This document shows positions 59,050 to 64,000 of a DNA stretch of 64,000 nucleotides, piece after piece. The notes below the pieces were generated by a model. It searched no databases. It was given only the letters and a program-made list of their open reading frames with translations, and was not told where the DNA came from. A program made the position numbers and the translations under genes. Positions within the stretch are counted from its first letter, which is position 1. Each line of letters opens with the position of its first letter. The DNA is taken from NCBI GenBank assembly GCA_951406725.2, contig OX597821.1, positions 106,578,001 to 106,642,000 on the forward strand, in the 5' to 3' direction. Source of the stretch: Octopus vulgaris. Taxonomy: Eukaryota.

Positions 59050-60039
59050 GTTATATTTCTGCTGATTTTAAATAAAGTGTATATATATATATATATATAT
59101 ATATAGTAAGAACTTATAAAGAAAACGGGTGTGTAAGTAACAAACAGATGTATTAGTTTAACGCTCGGGAAGTGAGACAGTCTTTTTTCGTTTAGAGCCT
59201 ACGCTCTTCGACAGAAAGGAACACAGAAATAAACAGGGAGAGAAAATAGAAAGAGAAAATACGAATTAGAAATATATATATATGCATATATTTGTATAGA
59301 CAAAATTTAGCAAAACCTTGTATTTCACTTCCAAACGTCAAAATTTCTCAAACAACTTCATGACAAGTTGATAGATGTGAGGAAGGGCATCTGGGATCTG
59401 TTGAGAGAGATTGCTGTGGAATTTGACAACAGAATACTGACAGTGCATAATGACTTTCACTTTCCAACGTACAAGAGGCACAAGCGTCGTATTCTGACAA
59501 TAAAATAAAAGAAGTACCCTTTGATGAAGGCGTAGCTGGTGCATCCTGCTGAGCAGGTGAGGATATGCTTCTTTTCAGGTGAAAAATATCTTAGTCAGGA
59601 CTAGTTACACAATACCCAGAACAAAATATGACTTTCAGACAACCTACTTTACACGAATCATTAAAACCCAAGTTCTCCCAAACTATGTGTGTTTTTCAGT
59701 TTTTTGTAATGCCGCCCAACATTTAGTATAGGGCCTTATCCTAATTTTAGACGGTAATGTGAAGCTATTAAATGTTGAGTCACTGTTACTGGAAGATTAT
59801 TTTTCCATTGTTTTACCAACAGAAAGATACAAAAGTTGTTCTCAAAGAATATATCAGACTTCATACTCTACGAATTCTTGCATTCTAATTGAAATTTCAA
59901 GGACTTCTTTATGTAGGTCGGGGTTCAGAAAAACACCACTCTCACTGCCCGCAACGGCAAACTGTTATCCAAGATAAAGACAAACTGAAGAGAGTATGCG
60001 GTGTTTTCTTGGTAGCACTATAGATATTTAATTCACTAT

Positions 60040-63000
60040 AGATAAAACTTAGATAAAACTTAGATATGTTTCGACCAAAGATTGGTCCAGGCCATGTCTA
60101 ACTTAATAGCACCACCTGATAGGATTATTCGAATCCTGTTTAAGTCAAGTTTTGTTCAAGTAGTGAGTTCTTGTTGGGTGAGTTGTATCCAGTTTTGTTC
60201 AAGTAGTGAGTTCTTGTTGGGTGAGTTGTATCCAATTATGGGTGGCTTATCTGGTATTCTTTGAAGGAATCTATCCAGACTCTGTTTGAAGTTGATGGGA
60301 TCCTTTTCCTCTTTGATCTCCCTCGGGACAATGTTAAATAGGGCAGGGCCTGTTGAGGAAAAGAAATTATGTTGCAGTGTACATGTATGTTGTGATCATG
60401 AATTGGGCAGGGGACGTATAGCCCGTGGTCCAAGTCTTGGATGAACCTTGAAGCTAATGTTTAGGTCGTTTGGGCAAAGTTGTCGGTATATTTTCTACAT
60501 CGTACGAATGATGTACCGCTCACGGCAACGCTGGAGGGAGTAAAGTTTCAAGGCTTTAAGGCGATCCCAATAATCGAGAGAAGCCATGCCTTCAATTTGT
60601 TTAGTGAGAGCCCTCTGGGGTGACTCAATTCTGGAGATGTTTTGTCTTGTGTGAGGAGACCAAAGTGGGCAGCAGTATTCAAGGTGTGGCCGTACAAAGG
60701 AGGAAAAGAGTGGTATGATGACACCTTGTTCTCTGGACCGGAAAGTTCTTAAGATCCAGGAACTCATCCTATGAGCTATATCGACCTTCTTGTTGATGTG
60801 TGCACTCCAACTGAGATCGTCATCAACAATTACACCCAGGTCTCTGATATTGTTAGAGGCTGTGTGCGGTTCCCCTGAAGGAAGAGAGTATGGTTGTTTT
60901 AGTGAGGAATTTCTTCCAAAACGCATCAGCTCAAATTTTCCCTCATTCAGTTGCATTTTGTTTCTGTCTGCCCATTGACTCACAGCATATAGATCAGACT
61001 GGAGTTGAGTTCGGTCTGCTTCTTCATTGACGATTTGCTGGAGCTTAGTGTCATCAGCGAATATTTTCACTTTACAGTGATGTACGACACTGGAAAGGTC
61101 GTTTACGTAAATTATGAAGAGTAGCGGACCCAAAACAGTTCCCTGGGGAACACCGCTGGTGACTTTTGCTGGGTTTGAGTGGACTCCATCAACTAGAACA
61201 TGTGTTCTATTCGCCCGGAAATACTGAATCCAGCTTAGAACTTTTCCACGGATTCCAACATTTGCCAATTCTGAGAGTAGGATGTTATGGTCTACCCTGT
61301 CGAACGCTTTACTCAAGTCAAGATATATGACGTCAGAGTTCGAACCTGTTCGCAAGGCTTTGAGTACATCTTCAATGTGGTGTAAGAGCTGTGTTAGACA
61401 GTCCCTGCCACAGCGAAAGCCATGCTGATTTGAATTTAGGAGTTTGTGGGTCTCCAGGAAGTCAGCTATCATTGATCTTAACACTCTTTCAAACACTTTA
61501 ATGATGTGGGAGGTGAGTGAGATTGGGCGATAGTTGACTGCGTGGGATCTGTTTCCCTGTTTGAAAACCGGGATGACCGACTGGGATAGAAACTGTTTCG
61601 GTATATAACCTGCGTCTAACGAGTTTCTCCAGAGGTTGGTCAGAGGGACTGCAAGTTGGTATCTACATTCCTTCAGGAGACTAGCGGGAAATCTATCAGG
61701 GCCTACAGCAGAGTAATGTTTGACCTCATTTATTGCTGCTACGATGTCGGTGGCAGTGAAGGTTATGTCTGCGATTTTGTGTTGGGAGTGAACTTCGTTC
61801 GTTTCCCTCACATCAATATCAGTGGGAACACTGAAGACAGAGCAGTATTGTTTCTGCAGTATTTCTGCCATTTCTTTAGCATCGTGTTGGGGAATGCCGT
61901 TATCATCAATCAATGGCCCAATGGGTGAGACAGTGGTTCTATGCTTATTTGCATAAGAATAGAACACCTTTGGATTCTGTTTGATGTTTTTGATTACCCA
62001 TTGTTCCTCCACAGCTCTTTGATTTTCAATGGAGGTTTTCATGTTAGTCTGCAGATGAAGTTTTTCCAGCTCTAGTCTTTTCATTGTTGTTGAATGTGGA
62101 TGTTGTGTGTGGGAATATTTTAATTGGTTGATTTTTTTGTTGAGTCTTTTGATGCGCCTGATGAGTGTTTTTTTCTTTTTAGGGAGCCAGTTTCTGTTTG
62201 TGTTAGTAGATTTCTTGGGAGCGTGTTTAGAGCATGTATAGGTGACAATGTTTTCAAAGTGCTGCCACGCGGTCTCAATATGAGGGGAATTGAGAGTAAA
62301 AGACCAGTCGATGGAAGACAGATCCTTTCTGATTGTTCCCCAGTCCGCTTTGTGGAAGTTTATGTTGTCAAATGGGTGCCATGGAGTGGGATTGGCTGGT
62401 TTGGTTTTTATATGTCGGGAATTAAGATTGCAGAGTACCATGTCGTGGTCTGAGAGGAGAGTTTTTTCGACTGAAATGCTGTGAACGTAGCTAGAGTGAT
62501 TGGTCAATACCAGATCCAAGATCGTTTTATTCTGTCTCGTTGGTTCAAGCACTAGCTGAGTCAGGAAATACTCATCCATCAGATTAAAGAGCAGTTCTGC
62601 TGCTGCCCTATCTGATGTAGAGCACTTGCCTAACTTCGGAGTATTTGTGGGCCAGTTCACATGAGGGAGGTTAAAATCACCCATCACTAGTATGTTTCCG
62701 GAGTGGTACTTCCGAAGGAAGGACTTGACTTTGCTAAGGCACTCTTCAAAGTACTTTAGAGGTGCCTGGGGAGGCCTGTAAAGACCAACAATGGTTATGT
62801 CCTTGGCTTTGTTGTATAGTGATACCGATTCACAGTAGCCATTGGAAAATGTGTCTTTGGCATCAAGTGAAAAGGAGTCATGGATAAAGATGGATGTACC
62901 TCCCTTATTTCGGTCTGTGCGATCCGCACGAACAATGGTGAAATCTTTTATTTTCACCTCTGCGTCCATATGGGTGTTGTTCAGGTGAGTCTCGGTAAGG

Positions 63001-63230
63001 ATAAAGAAAGGGAAGCAATGTGCCATTTCGGCAAGCCAACTCTCTATATATGGGATCTTCCATTTTTGGGCAATAATTGATGGGTTGATGCCACGTACAT
63101 TTAACAGGAATGTCGAGGTAAGGGAAGCTGAAATGGGTGAGTGGTCCTTGTGATTTGCATAGATGGTTGGTGATGGCTCGCTGGATCTCCTGGCTTAGGT
63201 CGGCCTTCGTATTTTCCAGGTATGTCAGTA
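60040..63230 (-). mobile_element. CR1/L2-group LINE ORF2 (APE + RT), premature stop at 60495
   Basis: 843-aa ORF: LTETHL, MGDFNLP, LDLVLTN, SDH (APE); QHGF, GVPQGTVLGP, FADD (RT); homologous-looking reading continues past the stop; short tandem-repeat tail near 60040. Confidence 0.92.
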
Positions 63231-63285
63231 GATAGATAGATAGTAGCACTGTAGATGGATAGATAGATAGATAGATAGATAGATA

Positions 63286-64000
63286 TGTTTCTTTATTAGC
63301 CACACAGGGCTGCACACAGATAGAACAAATTACAAGGTAGAACTTTTCTTTTGAAGGTTTTAAAAAAAAAAATAGGAAGGGGAGTTTCGATCAAAAGGGA
63401 TCGTAAAAGGAGAGAAAGAGGACAAAAAAAAGGGGGGTTAAAAAAAAGGGGGAGAGGAAAAAAAAATTGATCAATAGGGATCGTTATCACAGAAATGTCA
63501 ATATGAAGTGTAAAGAGGAGGACAGGTGAGGTTTACCCGTGGAAAGAAAAGCCTACGGAAAAGACCACGGTAACCTCGGTCAATGGAGTCACATGTTATA
63601 TTTCTTTTTTTTTTTTTTTTGCGAATAAGCAACTCTCTGTTTTCAATTTCTGGGTTCATAGGATCATGCTCAAGGTGGCTTCGTCATTCATACGTGCCAT
63701 TCTTGCTACATTCACCCATCTTTTTTTTAAACATTCGCTAGACAAAACTTGCCTCTCTACTCTCACTTTCCTTTTCAAGTGGTACTTGAAGAAGTTGATG
63801 AGAGATTGACCAGAGAGGAAAGTGTTTGTCTCCAATCCTTTCAGACGCGTCCACCAGATACATTCTTTCGCCATAGCCACAAGGATGATGAAAATAGCTC
63901 TTCCTTCCCGTTTGAAGGAGGGAGGCGTGACAATATTGACGATAGACTCAGCTGATAAACCGACTCGTCCCACACGTGACAGCAGTTGTTCGACATAAGC
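63286..64000 (-). mobile_element. L1/Tx1-like LINE 3-prime end
   Basis: LVAMAKECIWWTR..FFKYHLKRKVRVER..KKRW resembles the Tx1 ORF2 C-terminus; T-rich 3-prime UTR ending next to (GATA)n. Confidence 0.7.

Noticed and set aside
56830-60040. Candidate constant (IL3-TM7) exons after the last variable exon, e.g. acceptor at 59750
   Set aside because: Phase-0 reading hits TGA after three codons and no TY....QF-like motif was found; constant exons not located in this window

Overview
AT-rich, microsatellite-dense animal genomic DNA. The SINE and LINE repertoire looks like Octopus (inferred, not proven). The only host-gene content is a same-strand tandem array of large (~1.05 kb) paralogous exons. 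Each encodes the N-terminus plus six predicted transmembrane helices of a gustatory-receptor-like (Grl / 7TM ion channel, 7tm_7-type) protein. There are six intact copies (ATG at 2400, 15881, 33223, 36307, 44651, 53353) and at least four decayed ones. Every intact copy stops at an identically placed phase-0 GTAAGT splice donor just after TM6, and no TM7/pore exon is visible between copies. This points to a 'variable 5-prime exon + shared constant 3-prime exons' chemoreceptor locus whose constant part lies outside the window. The spacers hold Penelope-like elements, R4/Dong, RTE, CR1/L2 and Tx1 LINEs, Tc1/mariner and Helitron-like fragments, and SINEs. They also contain several long inverted repeats, several hammerhead-like motifs, and a 352-bp tandem repeat with a canonical type I hammerhead ribozyme in each monomer (retrozyme-like).
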